Of a stretch of 38,184 nucleotides of DNA, positions 17,725 to 26,539 are shown in pieces. Positions within the stretch are counted from its first letter, which is position 1. Each line of letters begins with the position of its first letter. Origin of the DNA: Candidatus Daviesbacteria bacterium (lineage in GTDB: Bacteria; Patescibacteriota; Microgenomatia; Daviesbacterales; UBA10151); NCBI GenBank assembly GCA_016176335.1, contig JACOXI010000003.1:72920-111103 (forward strand), written 5' to 3'. Made by a program: the position numbers and the translations under genes. The notes beneath the pieces were generated by a model. It was given only the letters and a program-made list of their open reading frames with translations, searched no databases and had not been told where the DNA came from.

Positions 17725-18591
17725 ATGATCTCTTTTTCTTTGGCCCATCAACAATTTATAGCCAATCTTAAGGGTAAATCCCGTGCTACAGCTACTATTC
17801 TAGCCTATGGCAAAGATATTGCACAACTGATAGATCACCTTAAAAAGGCAGGTAAGGATGATGCTTCAGTGGTCCAAACAGAGGATTTACAATCCTTTAT
17901 GGACAAATTGTCAAAAGAAAACTATACAGCCAAATCAATCTCCAGAAAGACAAACTCTACTAAAACTTTTTTTAAATTTTTACAGACAACAGGAGTCATA
18001 AGTGGTGATCCGGCCAATGCTTTGGCACATCCAAAATTTGAAAATAAACCCCCAAGAATCCTATCAAAATTGGAATATAGAGCAGTAAGGGATGGGGCAA
18101 GATCAGATATCAGAATGCTGGCAGTTATTGAACTGCTTTTGCAAACAGGTATCAGAATTGGAGAGCTGGCACAGCTTCGTTTGGAGGATATTAATCTGGA
18201 TGAGCAATCAACCTTACATGTTCCACCGTTTGAAGGGACAAACGAAAGAACCGTGCCGCTAACCAAATCTGCTGCTGATGCTGTGAGAAAATATTTGGAA
18301 ATAAGAACAAAAACCCCATCTCACTCTCTGTTTGTCACAAAAACAGGAAAACCTTTACTGATAAGAAATATCAGAACCGCAATTGACAGATATTTCAGGA
18401 TTGCCGGAATAAAAGAGGTGAAGGTGAATGATCTGCGCCACACCTGGGTGGCACATCAATTGCAATCAGGGGTACCTATGACTTTGGTTTCCAAATTAGC
18501 CGGCCACAAAAGACTTTCCACAACCGGCAGATATCTTCAATTTATCCAAAATCATTCTGCTGAAGCTAAAGTCAAATTAGAAGAGCTGTAA
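17725..18591 (+). CDS. XerC/XerD-like tyrosine recombinase
   Basis: N-terminal SAM-like domain, TGIRIGE, NDLRHT, AGH...TTGRY. Promoter TTGACA-17-TAAAAT at 17687-17715. Confidence 0.9.
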   Translation: MISFSLAHQQFIANLKGKSRATATILAYGKDIAQLIDHLKKAGKDDASVVQTEDLQSFMDKLSKENYTAKSISRKTNSTKTFFKFLQTTGVISGDPANALAHPKFENKPPRILSKLEYRAVRDGARSDIRMLAVIELLLQTGIRIGELAQLRLEDINLDEQSTLHVPPFEGTNERTVPLTKSAADAVRKYLEIRTKTPSHSLFVTKTGKPLLIRNIRTAIDRYFRIAGIKEVKVNDLRHTWVAHQLQSGVPMTLVSKLAGHKRLSTTGRYLQFIQNHSAEAKVKLEEL

Positions 18592-18595
18592 AGAT

Positions 18596-18634
18596 AAGTA
18601 CCACGGGGTTTACGGGTATCACGAGTATCACAGG
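18596..18634. repeat. 9-mer tandem array, direct repeat of 18736-18766
   Basis: aagtaccacggggtttacgggtatcacg versus aagtaccacggagtttacaggtatcacg (26/28 identical). Confidence 0.85.
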
Positions 18635-18655
18635 TTTTGGTATAATTTCATCCAC

Positions 18656-18729
18656 AGGCCCGTAGTTCAATGGTAGAACGTTTGTCTTATACACAAATCA
18701 CGAGGGTTCGATTCCTTCCGGGCCTACCA
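18656..18729 (+). tRNA. tRNA-Ile(TAT)
   Basis: AGGCCCG...TTTGT-CT-TAT-AC-ACAAA...GGTTCGATTCC...CGGGCCT-ACCA. Confidence 0.9.
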
Positions 18730-18735
18730 ACCAAA

Positions 18736-18766
18736 AAGTACCACGGAGTTTACAGGTATCACGGGG
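18736..18766. repeat. 9-mer tandem arm downstream of four-helix-bundle gene 3
   Basis: gtaccacgg agtttacag gtatcacgg, abutting the stop codon; inverted relative to 19139-19177. Confidence 0.85.
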
Positions 18767-19132
18767 CTATTTAAGACTTAGTTTGTAACGATAAAGAAAA
18801 TACCCTGCCACAGAACGCTTTTTATCAAACAACTCATAATCTTCATTGGTCCAATAACTTAATATCAAACAGATTTCGCTTTGACCTTCCAGTTCCATCA
18901 AAGAAGTTTCAGCAATTTCCATAAAGCGATTTTTATCTTTCCTGCTACTTTTAAGATAACCTTCTACAAAGTTTGAAATCACCGACACCGTCGCTCTTTT
19001 CATTTGAGGAACTAAACCAAATTCCTCAGATTTTGGCAGTTTATCTGTCAGTTTATATGTCAGAGTTAATAATTCCTTAAGCTTAGACCAAAGTATTAGC
19101 TTATGATAACCTTTGCTAGTTTTATCAATCAT
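18767..19132 (-). CDS. Four helix bundle protein (23S rRNA IVP / bAvd-like family)
   Basis: GYHKLILW, LPKSEEFGLVPQMKRATVSVISNFVEGY, SLMELE. Confidence 0.92.
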   Translation of the reverse strand: MIDKTSKGYHKLILWSKLKELLTLTYKLTDKLPKSEEFGLVPQMKRATVSVISNFVEGYLKSSRKDKNRFMEIAETSLMELEGQSEICLILSYWTNEDYELFDKKRSVAGYFLYRYKLSLK

Positions 19133-19138
19133 CTACTC

Positions 19139-19177
19139 CTCGTGGTACCCGTGGTACTCTTACCACCCGTGATACCC
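19139..19177. repeat. 9-mer tandem arm upstream of four-helix-bundle gene 3
   Basis: ctcgtggtac ccgtggtac tcttaccac ccgtgatac c. Confidence 0.85.
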
Positions 19178-19179
19178 TT

Positions 19180-21522
19180 CTATAGCCTTGCTCTTCGGGC
19201 AACTTCTGCTTCAACTTGGACCACATCCCTGCCAAATTTAAGTTTTGATAACTCTCTTATGGCCTGGCCAATTTGCGGGTTTAACATTGCTTTCCATTTA
19301 TCCATGCTCTTCGTGGTATCCAAAGAAAACGGAGGCACTGGTTCACCGTTTACTATAGTTTTTATATAAGCATGAGGAGATTCCACATTAACCAAATCGT
19401 TTTCCCCAAAGACAGGCGAAAACTCATGCTGCAGATAATTGGCATCTGTGACTCCTACCCTAAATCCCACCAAAGTACCAACATTGCCAAAAACCGCGTT
19501 TTTTAAATCCTCTCCAATTTGACCTATAAATTGATTTGCCACAATCAAATTTAATCTATATTTTCTGGCTTCCGATAAAATATCCGCAAAGGTGTCTGTG
19601 GCGAAGTTTTGGAATTCATCAACATACAGGTAAAAATCCCGTCTTTTCTCATCCGGCATGTTTGCCCGAGACATGGCTGCAGCCAAAATCTTGGGCACCA
19701 GGATTAAACCTAAGAAGTTGGAATTCTCCTCCCCTATCCGCCCTTTGGAGAGATTCATTATTAAAATCTTGCCCTCATCCATCACTTTTCTTAAATCGAA
19801 AGAGGATTTGCTCTGACCAATAATATTCCTCATCATTTTATTGGTAACAAATCTGCCAAACTTGGAAACCGTATAATCCAAAACTTCCGATTTGTGAAAG
19901 TCTGTTGTTTGGGCAATCTGATCTGTCCAGTATCGCCTGACCACAGGATCGGCTACATGCGGTAAAAGCTCCTTGACAAAATCCGCATCAGTCATAATAC
20001 GGACCACCTCAACAAATGTTGCCCCCTCCCGACTCATGGCTGTCAGCATGGCATTCCTGACTCCATGCTCAAACCTGGGCCCTATAATTCCTGTTTTATT
20101 TGGATCGAACAGTTTGTACATCAAACCAATAATTGATGCCACCACAAAGTGTCTTTGTTCTTCGGTATATGCCTCCAGCATGTTTAAACCAAACGGACGC
20201 ACCATATCGGATGGATCAAAATAAATCACATCTTCAGCCCGCTCCGGCGGGATTAGTTGTATCATCTCCTCCGCCGCGTCACCGTGAGGATCTATAAAAC
20301 AAAGACCTTGGCCTGCCCTGATATCCTGAAGCATTAAACTTTTTAAAAACTCGGTCTTACCTGTGCCTGTCCTGCCTATCACATACATATGCCTTCTCCG
20401 GTCATCTTCGGCCAAATATACCGGGCGCTCCACCCCTCTGAATACTGATTTACCCAGATATAAACCTGATGAGGGGATTTTCTCCGGCGCCGGGGCCCTT
20501 TTTGAGGAAAGCCAGCTGATGTATGGAGTTTCAATGGATTTATTGGGAAAATGAAAAATTGATGATAGTTCATCAGCTGTCAGTACCGGAGTTTTTGAAT
20601 ATTTTGGCATATATCTGTATATAAAATCTGTCATAAAACCTTTCTCGGAATAAATCTTTGCGCCGGTTAAACCATTATATGGCCCGGAAAATTGCTCAAA
20701 AGCAGTCTTAATATTGGTTAGGTGAGCTTTAGCCGAATCTGATGAGGCAGATGATGCCACAATTCGCAAAGCCACATTAAAACCGGGCTTGGAGATTTTA
20801 TTTTCAACAGCCTCAATTTGCTTGGCATCCGGAGGGGGCTTGGGATTTTTTTCATCGCCCGGTTCTTTTTCTTTTTTAAGCCATTTTTTCCCTGAATCCT
20901 TCCACATGTTTCCGGCAGGAGAAATCATAAGTTGCACTGCTGCCCCTTCCCCAACTTGCATCTTGGCCAAAGCGGAAGTTAAAGCAGACAGCGGATCTGT
21001 TGGTAAGTCACGGTAGGTTTTAAGTGGAAAATAATCTGCATTTTTTAAGGTAAGCCTTGCATAAGCGGTTTGGGCGCTTTCCGAGAAAATATTATATTCG
21101 GGGACTTCTTTGATCTCCGCATCAGGGTATGCGCCGTGAATCTGTTTTTCAATCAAATCTTGGTGTGATTTATGAGTTGAAACGAAAAATTTTATAGACT
21201 CATGCTGCGCCACTATCTCAAAGGAAAGTTGAGGTTGAGACTTAAGTGCGGCAAACATCCCGCCGGATTTTCTAAGGGAGGCAAAAGTGGCAAACAGTTG
21301 TTCAGCAGCATCAATTTTGATCTCATTGTTTCTGGGAACCTTAATTTGTAAAACCACATATTGCAATGAGGTTTTTTCCCTGTCTTTATATTTAATCCAG
21401 CCAACAAAAAACTTTTTTAAAAAAAGAAAAATGCCAACAATCAATAAAAGTACTGCCAAAACCAAGACTACGGCAAAAAGTAAACTTGTAAAATCAGGAC
21501 CTGTGCTTTGCGTTACTTCCAT
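19180..21522 (-). CDS. Membrane-anchored VirD4/TraG/HerA-like P-loop ATPase
   Basis: N-terminal TM, RRRHMYVIGRTGTGKT, IDPHGD, LYVDEFQNF, LSEARKYRL..ANQ. Confidence 0.88.
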   Translation of the reverse strand: MEVTQSTGPDFTSLLFAVVLVLAVLLLIVGIFLFLKKFFVGWIKYKDREKTSLQYVVLQIKVPRNNEIKIDAAEQLFATFASLRKSGGMFAALKSQPQLSFEIVAQHESIKFFVSTHKSHQDLIEKQIHGAYPDAEIKEVPEYNIFSESAQTAYARLTLKNADYFPLKTYRDLPTDPLSALTSALAKMQVGEGAAVQLMISPAGNMWKDSGKKWLKKEKEPGDEKNPKPPPDAKQIEAVENKISKPGFNVALRIVASSASSDSAKAHLTNIKTAFEQFSGPYNGLTGAKIYSEKGFMTDFIYRYMPKYSKTPVLTADELSSIFHFPNKSIETPYISWLSSKRAPAPEKIPSSGLYLGKSVFRGVERPVYLAEDDRRRHMYVIGRTGTGKTEFLKSLMLQDIRAGQGLCFIDPHGDAAEEMIQLIPPERAEDVIYFDPSDMVRPFGLNMLEAYTEEQRHFVVASIIGLMYKLFDPNKTGIIGPRFEHGVRNAMLTAMSREGATFVEVVRIMTDADFVKELLPHVADPVVRRYWTDQIAQTTDFHKSEVLDYTVSKFGRFVTNKMMRNIIGQSKSSFDLRKVMDEGKILIMNLSKGRIGEENSNFLGLILVPKILAAAMSRANMPDEKRRDFYLYVDEFQNFATDTFADILSEARKYRLNLIVANQFIGQIGEDLKNAVFGNVGTLVGFRVGVTDANYLQHEFSPVFGENDLVNVESPHAYIKTIVNGEPVPPFSLDTTKSMDKWKAMLNPQIGQAIRELSKLKFGRDVVQVEAEVARRARL

Positions 21523-21531
21523 GTTTTAAAT

Positions 21532-21927
21532 TTATATGTCTATTGGCTTATATGCTTTTTGAGCAGTCCTTTTTTGTGCTGCTCTTCTTTTTATTAAATT
21601 CACCCATCCAAAGGCTCTCCCAATCCTTGCCCAAATACTTTCACCAGTAAAAAGGCTCCTGGCAATTTTAACATTATGTGCAACATCTGCAGGATTAATT
21701 ATCGGCTCCTGGCTTCCCACCCGCTCCGCCTGAACTGTTGCTAAATCGGCACTGGGAGGAACCGGTGTTACTGCAGTTACCGGTCTTACCTGCCCAAGAG
21801 GACGGTTTGGGTCGTGCTCTCTTAAGAGTCGTTCAACTTTCGCGACAACAGCAGCTTCTGCAGTTTCAGGGGTTGTTATACCTATATCAGTGGGTCTTGG
21901 TTTTTCTACAGATGTGGCAGTAGTCAT
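21532..21927 (-). CDS. Hypothetical protein (likely start MTTAT at 21927)
   Basis: Open frame filling the gap between sodX and the ATPase; no recognised motif. Confidence 0.55.
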   Translation of the reverse strand: MTTATSVEKPRPTDIGITTPETAEAAVVAKVERLLREHDPNRPLGQVRPVTAVTPVPPSADLATVQAERVGSQEPIINPADVAHNVKIARSLFTGESIWARIGRAFGWVNLIKRRAAQKRTAQKAYKPIDI

Positions 21928-21977
21928 ATCTTCAATTATCTCACATCCAGTTGATCGCGCCAATTGAGAAAATATTA

Positions 21978-22262
21978 TTACGGCCAAATAACCTTACCAA
22001 TAATGTCTTTCTTATTTATCCATCCAAAATTTCTACTATCAGTACTCTCTTTCTCGTTATCCCCTTGGACAAACGCACCACGATCGGAGGACATTTGTCT
22101 CACTCTTTTAATCATTTCTTTCACATTAATTTTTATGGCCACAATATCTCCTACCTTAAGTTTGTAAAACCAGCACCAAACTAAAACATCTTGTCCTGGT
22201 TTTAAAGTTGGAAGCATGCTATTGCCATAAACTGTAAATCTTTGTAAGGGGAACCAATTCAC
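21978..22262 (-). CDS. sodX: Nickel SOD maturation protease (S26 family)
   Basis: GNSMLPTL, MIKRV, GDN..STDSRNFG; coupled to sodN. Confidence 0.9.
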   Translation of the reverse strand: MNWFPLQRFTVYGNSMLPTLKPGQDVLVWCWFYKLKVGDIVAIKINVKEMIKRVRQMSSDRGAFVQGDNEKESTDSRNFGWINKKDIIGKVIWP

Positions 22263-22693
22263 TTTTTGGTTTGATTAAAAATATCAGCGATTTTATCTAC
22301 CGCTTCTATCAACTCTTGAGCTTTTGCCTCATCCACTACTCTTTTGTTATCAGAACAAAGCTTGGTAGTTTGCCAAACTAAAGTGTGGAGATCCGGAAAT
22401 TTTTCCAAATGCTCCGCTTTAAAATAATCTGTCCAGAGAATTAAGATTTCCCTTTTACAAGTTTCCGCATGTTGTTCTTTAGTCAAAATCATCCTGATCA
22501 TGCTATTTTTATAATCCATCCAACCTTTATCCTCTTGAGGTTTTTGCAGTTCTTTAAGCTTTTGTACCATTTTTAACACAGTTTGTGAGGCAAGTTGGCT
22601 GCTTTGCGGATCATAAATCCCACAGGGAATATCACAATGAGCAAAAACAGGTTTTGCAGGTAAAAGTTTAAGCAGAAGATTGATAAATTTCAT
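22259..22693 (-). CDS. sodN: Nickel superoxide dismutase precursor
   Basis: Ni-hook HCDIPCGIYDP after a short leader; ILWTDYFK. Confidence 0.96.
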   Translation of the reverse strand: MKFINLLLKLLPAKPVFAHCDIPCGIYDPQSSQLASQTVLKMVQKLKELQKPQEDKGWMDYKNSMIRMILTKEQHAETCKREILILWTDYFKAEHLEKFPDLHTLVWQTTKLCSDNKRVVDEAKAQELIEAVDKIADIFNQTKK

Positions 22694-22714
22694 ATAAAAT
22701 TAATTATATACCTG

Positions 22715-23668
22715 TCATTTTAAATTTTCCAGATATTCTTCAACATCCAAAGCTGCTTTACAACCTGCTCCTGCTGCAGTCACAGCCTGCCTATATTTAT
22801 AATCAGAAACATCTCCAGCAACAAATACTCCTTCAATAGAAGATCGGGTCTCATCATGAACAACCACATATCCTTTTTCATCCAACTCTACCTGTCCTGT
22901 TAAAAAGTCAGTATTTGGTTTGTGACCGATGGCAATAAATACTCCGTCAATATCCATTTGGCTAATCTCCCCGCTTTGAGTATTCTTTAGTTTCACTCCA
23001 GTTACTTTATCGCTCTGTGACAAGCTTTGCTTATCCTGTCCTAATATTTCCTCCACTATTGTGTTCCAGATAAAATTAACGTTTTGCTTACTTTTTACTA
23101 ACTGTTGTAAAGCCGCTTGGGCTCGCAACTGATCCCGACGATGTACCACTGTGACTGTTTTGCATAATTTGGCAAGATAGGCTGCCTCCCTCATGGCAGT
23201 ATCCCCTCCTCCAACTACAATCACATTCTTATCTTTAAAGAAAAATCCGTCACAAACAGCACAAGCAGACACCCCTTTACCGCGAAGTCTTTGTTCAGAT
23301 GCCAAATTAAGCCACATGGCAGATGCACCGGTAGCTAGAATTAAGCTATTAGAATTAAGAATCATGCTTTCAGTCTTAATCTCAAATGGTCTCACTTTTA
23401 AATTTACTGACACTACATCCTCATTAATAAATCTGGTGCCAAACCTTTCAGCCTGTTTTCGCATTTTATCCATAAGCTCCGGACCTTGTATCCCATCCTC
23501 AAACCCTGGATAATCATCCACATCTGTTGTCAACACCAGCTGCCCGCCTGCTTCTCTTCCGGAGATCACCAGTGGATTCAAACTACCTCTGGCAGCATAA
23601 ATGGCAGCAGTCAGCCCTGCAGGCCCAGAACCTATTATTACCAGTTTCTCAACTTGGGATTTATCCAT
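22715..23668 (-). CDS. trxB: Thioredoxin reductase
   Basis: GSGPAG, CAVCDG, GGGDTA, GVFVAGDV. Confidence 0.97.
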   Translation of the reverse strand: MDKSQVEKLVIIGSGPAGLTAAIYAARGSLNPLVISGREAGGQLVLTTDVDDYPGFEDGIQGPELMDKMRKQAERFGTRFINEDVVSVNLKVRPFEIKTESMILNSNSLILATGASAMWLNLASEQRLRGKGVSACAVCDGFFFKDKNVIVVGGGDTAMREAAYLAKLCKTVTVVHRRDQLRAQAALQQLVKSKQNVNFIWNTIVEEILGQDKQSLSQSDKVTGVKLKNTQSGEISQMDIDGVFIAIGHKPNTDFLTGQVELDEKGYVVVHDETRSSIEGVFVAGDVSDYKYRQAVTAAGAGCKAALDVEEYLENLK

Positions 23669-23916
23669 TATCTTCCCACAGAAGAAGGTGTCGATGTCTT
23701 CTGTTTCACCGAACCAGTAGCCTCTTTTCCTACCGGGGTGGCTGTTGGACTGGCTGCAACAGAAGGCGAAGCTTGCGGTGTAATTTGTACTTTCTCTTCC
23801 ACCCTGGGAGATACAGGCTGTTGGTATTTACTTCGAAGCCACACCAGATAGCCTGCAATTACCACCAACACCAGGATCATTACCACAATCGTTACATTTC
23901 TATTCAAAAAACTCAC
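23668..23916 (-). CDS. Small single-pass membrane protein with Pro/Thr/Ser-rich tail
   Basis: N-terminal TM helix; in operon frame with trxB. Confidence 0.65.
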   Translation of the reverse strand: MSFLNRNVTIVVMILVLVVIAGYLVWLRSKYQQPVSPRVEEKVQITPQASPSVAASPTATPVGKEATGSVKQKTSTPSSVGR

Positions 23917-23952
23917 CTCCTAGGCAGCAAGAGCATATTACAAAAAATATTG

Positions 23953-24627
23953 TCAGTTTGCAATATCAACTGTCTCCGGAATTTTTTTTCGACCCAATAT
24001 AATCAACATATAGGCAAATAAACCGAATCCTACCCCAAGTAAAGTTCCACCTACTACATCAGATAGCCAGTGTTCTCCCAAATAAATTCTTGTCAAACCC
24101 ATCATAAAACCAAATCCGGTCAAGGCAAAGATTGCACCGTATTTAAAAAATAAATTTAATCTTGAAAAAAAGAATAAACAGCCAAGAACAGTTATGATAA
24201 AAATAGTTCTTGTCATATGACCGGAAGGATAAGAAAAGTTAGTGTGAACATAAAAACTTGGCAGGGATTGAGACAGTAAAGTTCTGTGGAAAAAAACAGG
24301 AGGACTTGGGTGGAAAAGCACTAACTTTCCAAAAACCTCACCTATAGATGCCGGAATAATCAGCAACCAACCCAAGAAGCCAGCCCATTTGCCTCTTATA
24401 AGCCAGGCTAGACTCAAGATCAGGCAGATTACAAAGGTAATTTCAACACTGCCTAAAAGACTAAAGTAAGAGAAAATTTCATCATATTTCCTGGGTATGT
24501 GATCCTGTACCTTGACTGTTGTGTCAAAATCCCTCTGAACAAATCTTTCTTTGGCAACATTATAAGAAAATAAGGTAAAAAGAGCCAAAGAAATAATTGA
24601 AAGCAAGAATAATTTAGTTCTCATCAA
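23953..24627 (-). CDS. PAP2-family membrane phosphatase
   Basis: SYPSGH and TRIYLGEHWLSDVVGG. Confidence 0.9.
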   Translation of the reverse strand: MMRTKLFLLSIISLALFTLFSYNVAKERFVQRDFDTTVKVQDHIPRKYDEIFSYFSLLGSVEITFVICLILSLAWLIRGKWAGFLGWLLIIPASIGEVFGKLVLFHPSPPVFFHRTLLSQSLPSFYVHTNFSYPSGHMTRTIFIITVLGCLFFFSRLNLFFKYGAIFALTGFGFMMGLTRIYLGEHWLSDVVGGTLLGVGFGLFAYMLIILGRKKIPETVDIAN

Positions 24628-24649
24628 AGGATCACAAAGCTACAAGCTT

Positions 24650-25102
24650 TTATTTTACAGTAACAGAACCTGTCAGGGAAGGATTTAAATGGTCGTGATA
24701 TTGGTAAGTTCCGGCTTTGGGAAATTCCAGACTGACTTGTCTGCCTGGTTTTATCGTTCCCAGATTTAGTGGAGGATAAGTTAAATGTGTCGGGTGTCCT
24801 GCAGAGTAAACAGTATGGTTAGTGTTGTCATTATTCATCCAGGTCACGGTTTCCCCTACCTTAATAGCGATGCTTTTTGGTGAGAAACCGGAGGAACTAA
24901 TTTGAACCGCATTTTTATCTTCTGTTACTATCGCTCCGTCAGTTGCAGACGAAGTTGGAGATGCAGCAACAGGAGCCGGGGTCTGGCTGACTTTTGCCGG
25001 GGCTTGGGGAGTGGAATATTTTTTAGAACCAATAAAATACCATCCGGCCAAAACTAAAACTACAATTACTACTGTAGCAATGACAACATTTTTGGGCATC
25101 AC
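24650..25102 (-). CDS. Membrane-anchored cupredoxin/plastocyanin-like protein
   Basis: FSPKSIAIKVGETVTW, HTV, FPKAGTYQYHDHLNP..TGSVTV. The usual Cys and Met ligands are absent. Confidence 0.8.
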   Translation of the reverse strand: MMPKNVVIATVVIVVLVLAGWYFIGSKKYSTPQAPAKVSQTPAPVAASPTSSATDGAIVTEDKNAVQISSSGFSPKSIAIKVGETVTWMNNDNTNHTVYSAGHPTHLTYPPLNLGTIKPGRQVSLEFPKAGTYQYHDHLNPSLTGSVTVK

Positions 25103-25141
25103 TTTTTTAAGATAGCAGACTAATTTTATTAAATCAATACC

Positions 25142-25624
25142 CTAGTTTTGAGTAAGAATTCTGGTGGTGGAGTAATCACCAATGATGCCGGTGACATATT
25201 TAAGCCTTGCACCGACTAATTTTGACGCCCTTTTGTGATGATAATCATCTGCGCCTTTTGTGACAGCTATAATATCCGGCTTTAATTGAGTAATAAGCGC
25301 ATCATATTCTTCTTCAGTTTCCATACTGGGAAGCAATACAACATAATCCACTACTTTGAGTGCAGCCAAAATTTTGGCCCGCTCTTTTTGATTATGAACC
25401 GGACGGTTAACCCCTTTTAATTTTTTTATCTTTTCATCAGATTCCAAAAGTACCACTAATGTATCCCCTGCTTTTTGGGCTTGTTGTAAAAAAATTACAT
25501 GTCCCAAGTGTAAAACATCAAAGCACCCGCCTGTTAGAACAACTTTTTCATTTTTTAATTTCTGCAAAATATCAGGGATATCGTAAACATTTATAACTTG
25601 GGCCATAGGGGTAGATCTACCCAA
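25142..25624 (-). CDS. Cytidylyltransferase-family protein (RfaE domain II / TagD-like)
   Basis: GGCFDVLHLGH, KGVNRP, YSTT. Confidence 0.88.
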   Translation of the reverse strand: MGRSTPMAQVINVYDIPDILQKLKNEKVVLTGGCFDVLHLGHVIFLQQAQKAGDTLVVLLESDEKIKKLKGVNRPVHNQKERAKILAALKVVDYVVLLPSMETEEEYDALITQLKPDIIAVTKGADDYHHKRASKLVGARLKYVTGIIGDYSTTRILTQN

Positions 25625-25632
25625 ACTTAACC

Positions 25633-25860
25633 TTAGCTTACTGCTACTGCTCTTTCTCTTTCCAATTTTGCTGCGATTTTCTTTTTGCTTATCAGATCGT
25701 TTTTCTCTTGTCTTTCTGCAATTGCCTTATCAACAAGTTTTTGACAGGTTGAATCCGGACAAATGGTCATAGTATAAGTTACAATAGAGATTCCGACTTT
25801 CTCTTTCCAGGTTTTACCATCAATTCTTTGTTTGCTACACCTAACACAAGGATTATTCAT
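25633..25860 (-). CDS. Small Cys-containing (zinc-ribbon-like) protein
   Basis: MNNPCVRC...CPDSTCQ followed by a charged helix. Confidence 0.65.
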   Translation of the reverse strand: MNNPCVRCSKQRIDGKTWKEKVGISIVTYTMTICPDSTCQKLVDKAIAERQEKNDLISKKKIAAKLERERAVAVS

Positions 25861-26031
25861 AAATTTAATTAGAGAATGTATTTTAACAGATTCAGTCAAT
25901 TAAAACAATGACGAGAGTGAGGTGGGAGAAGAACAGCCAAACCAGCAATAAGCAGGATTTTTTCATTCTGCATTCAGTATAACAAAACCTCTGAAAGCCT
26001 TTGAGGATATTACACTAGTGGAATTAGTATT

Positions 26032-26514
26032 TTAAAAAACAAGTTTACTGACCCAATCTGGAACTTTAGCATTTTTAACCTCATCATATCGAGGAGTATA
26101 AGGCTTGATGTCTAATACAGGAGTACCGTTTAGAACATCTAATCCTCTGACTTTGAGTACATTTTGCTTTCTATTTAAAAGGGGTGCAGTTGATATGGCA
26201 ATTCTGTTTGGTCTTTGTGGACAACGGCAGGCAAAAATTCCAATATATGGAATATCTTCTTTTCCTTGCGGATGATGCTTCAGATGACATTCTTTTTCCT
26301 GATTCATCCAGTAAACCACAATAATATGAGAATACTCCTCAATCCCATCTAAACCTTTGGCAAAATTTTTATCAATAACAATTTTGGTAACAACATCCTT
26401 CCAGCCGGGTAGTGTTGGTTTAGAAACGCTATTGTTCGCTTTTCCCAACGGTTTGATAGTAATAATGCCATCTTTGTTTTGACTGTCAAGAAACTTGCAA
26501 AAGATTGTTTTCAT
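26032..26514 (-). CDS. tsaA: tRNA m6t6A37 methyltransferase TrmO/TsaA family
   Basis: GLDGIEEYSHIIVVYW, GIFACRCPQRPNRIAIS, GLDVLNGTPVLDIKPY. Confidence 0.88.
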   Translation of the reverse strand: MKTIFCKFLDSQNKDGIITIKPLGKANNSVSKPTLPGWKDVVTKIVIDKNFAKGLDGIEEYSHIIVVYWMNQEKECHLKHHPQGKEDIPYIGIFACRCPQRPNRIAISTAPLLNRKQNVLKVRGLDVLNGTPVLDIKPYTPRYDEVKNAKVPDWVSKLVF

Positions 26515-26539
26515 ATTGTATCTTTTGAGCTACCTTATT

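Noticed and set aside
2388-19132. Four-helix-bundle genes as parts of a diversity-generating retroelement or of rRNA IVSs
   Set aside because: No reverse transcriptase, no TR/VR pair with adenine-specific mismatches and no rRNA sequence in the window.
17725-21522. Tyrosine recombinase + tRNA + VirD4-like ATPase as an integrative conjugative element
   Set aside because: No duplicated tRNA 3' end (att), relaxase or mating-pair genes. The recombinase is Xer-sized and sits among housekeeping genes.
25895-25973. Two overlapping ~25-codon hydrophobic mini-ORFs upstream of the zinc-ribbon gene
   Set aside because: Too short, no SD or recognisable motif; cannot be distinguished from a decayed fragment.
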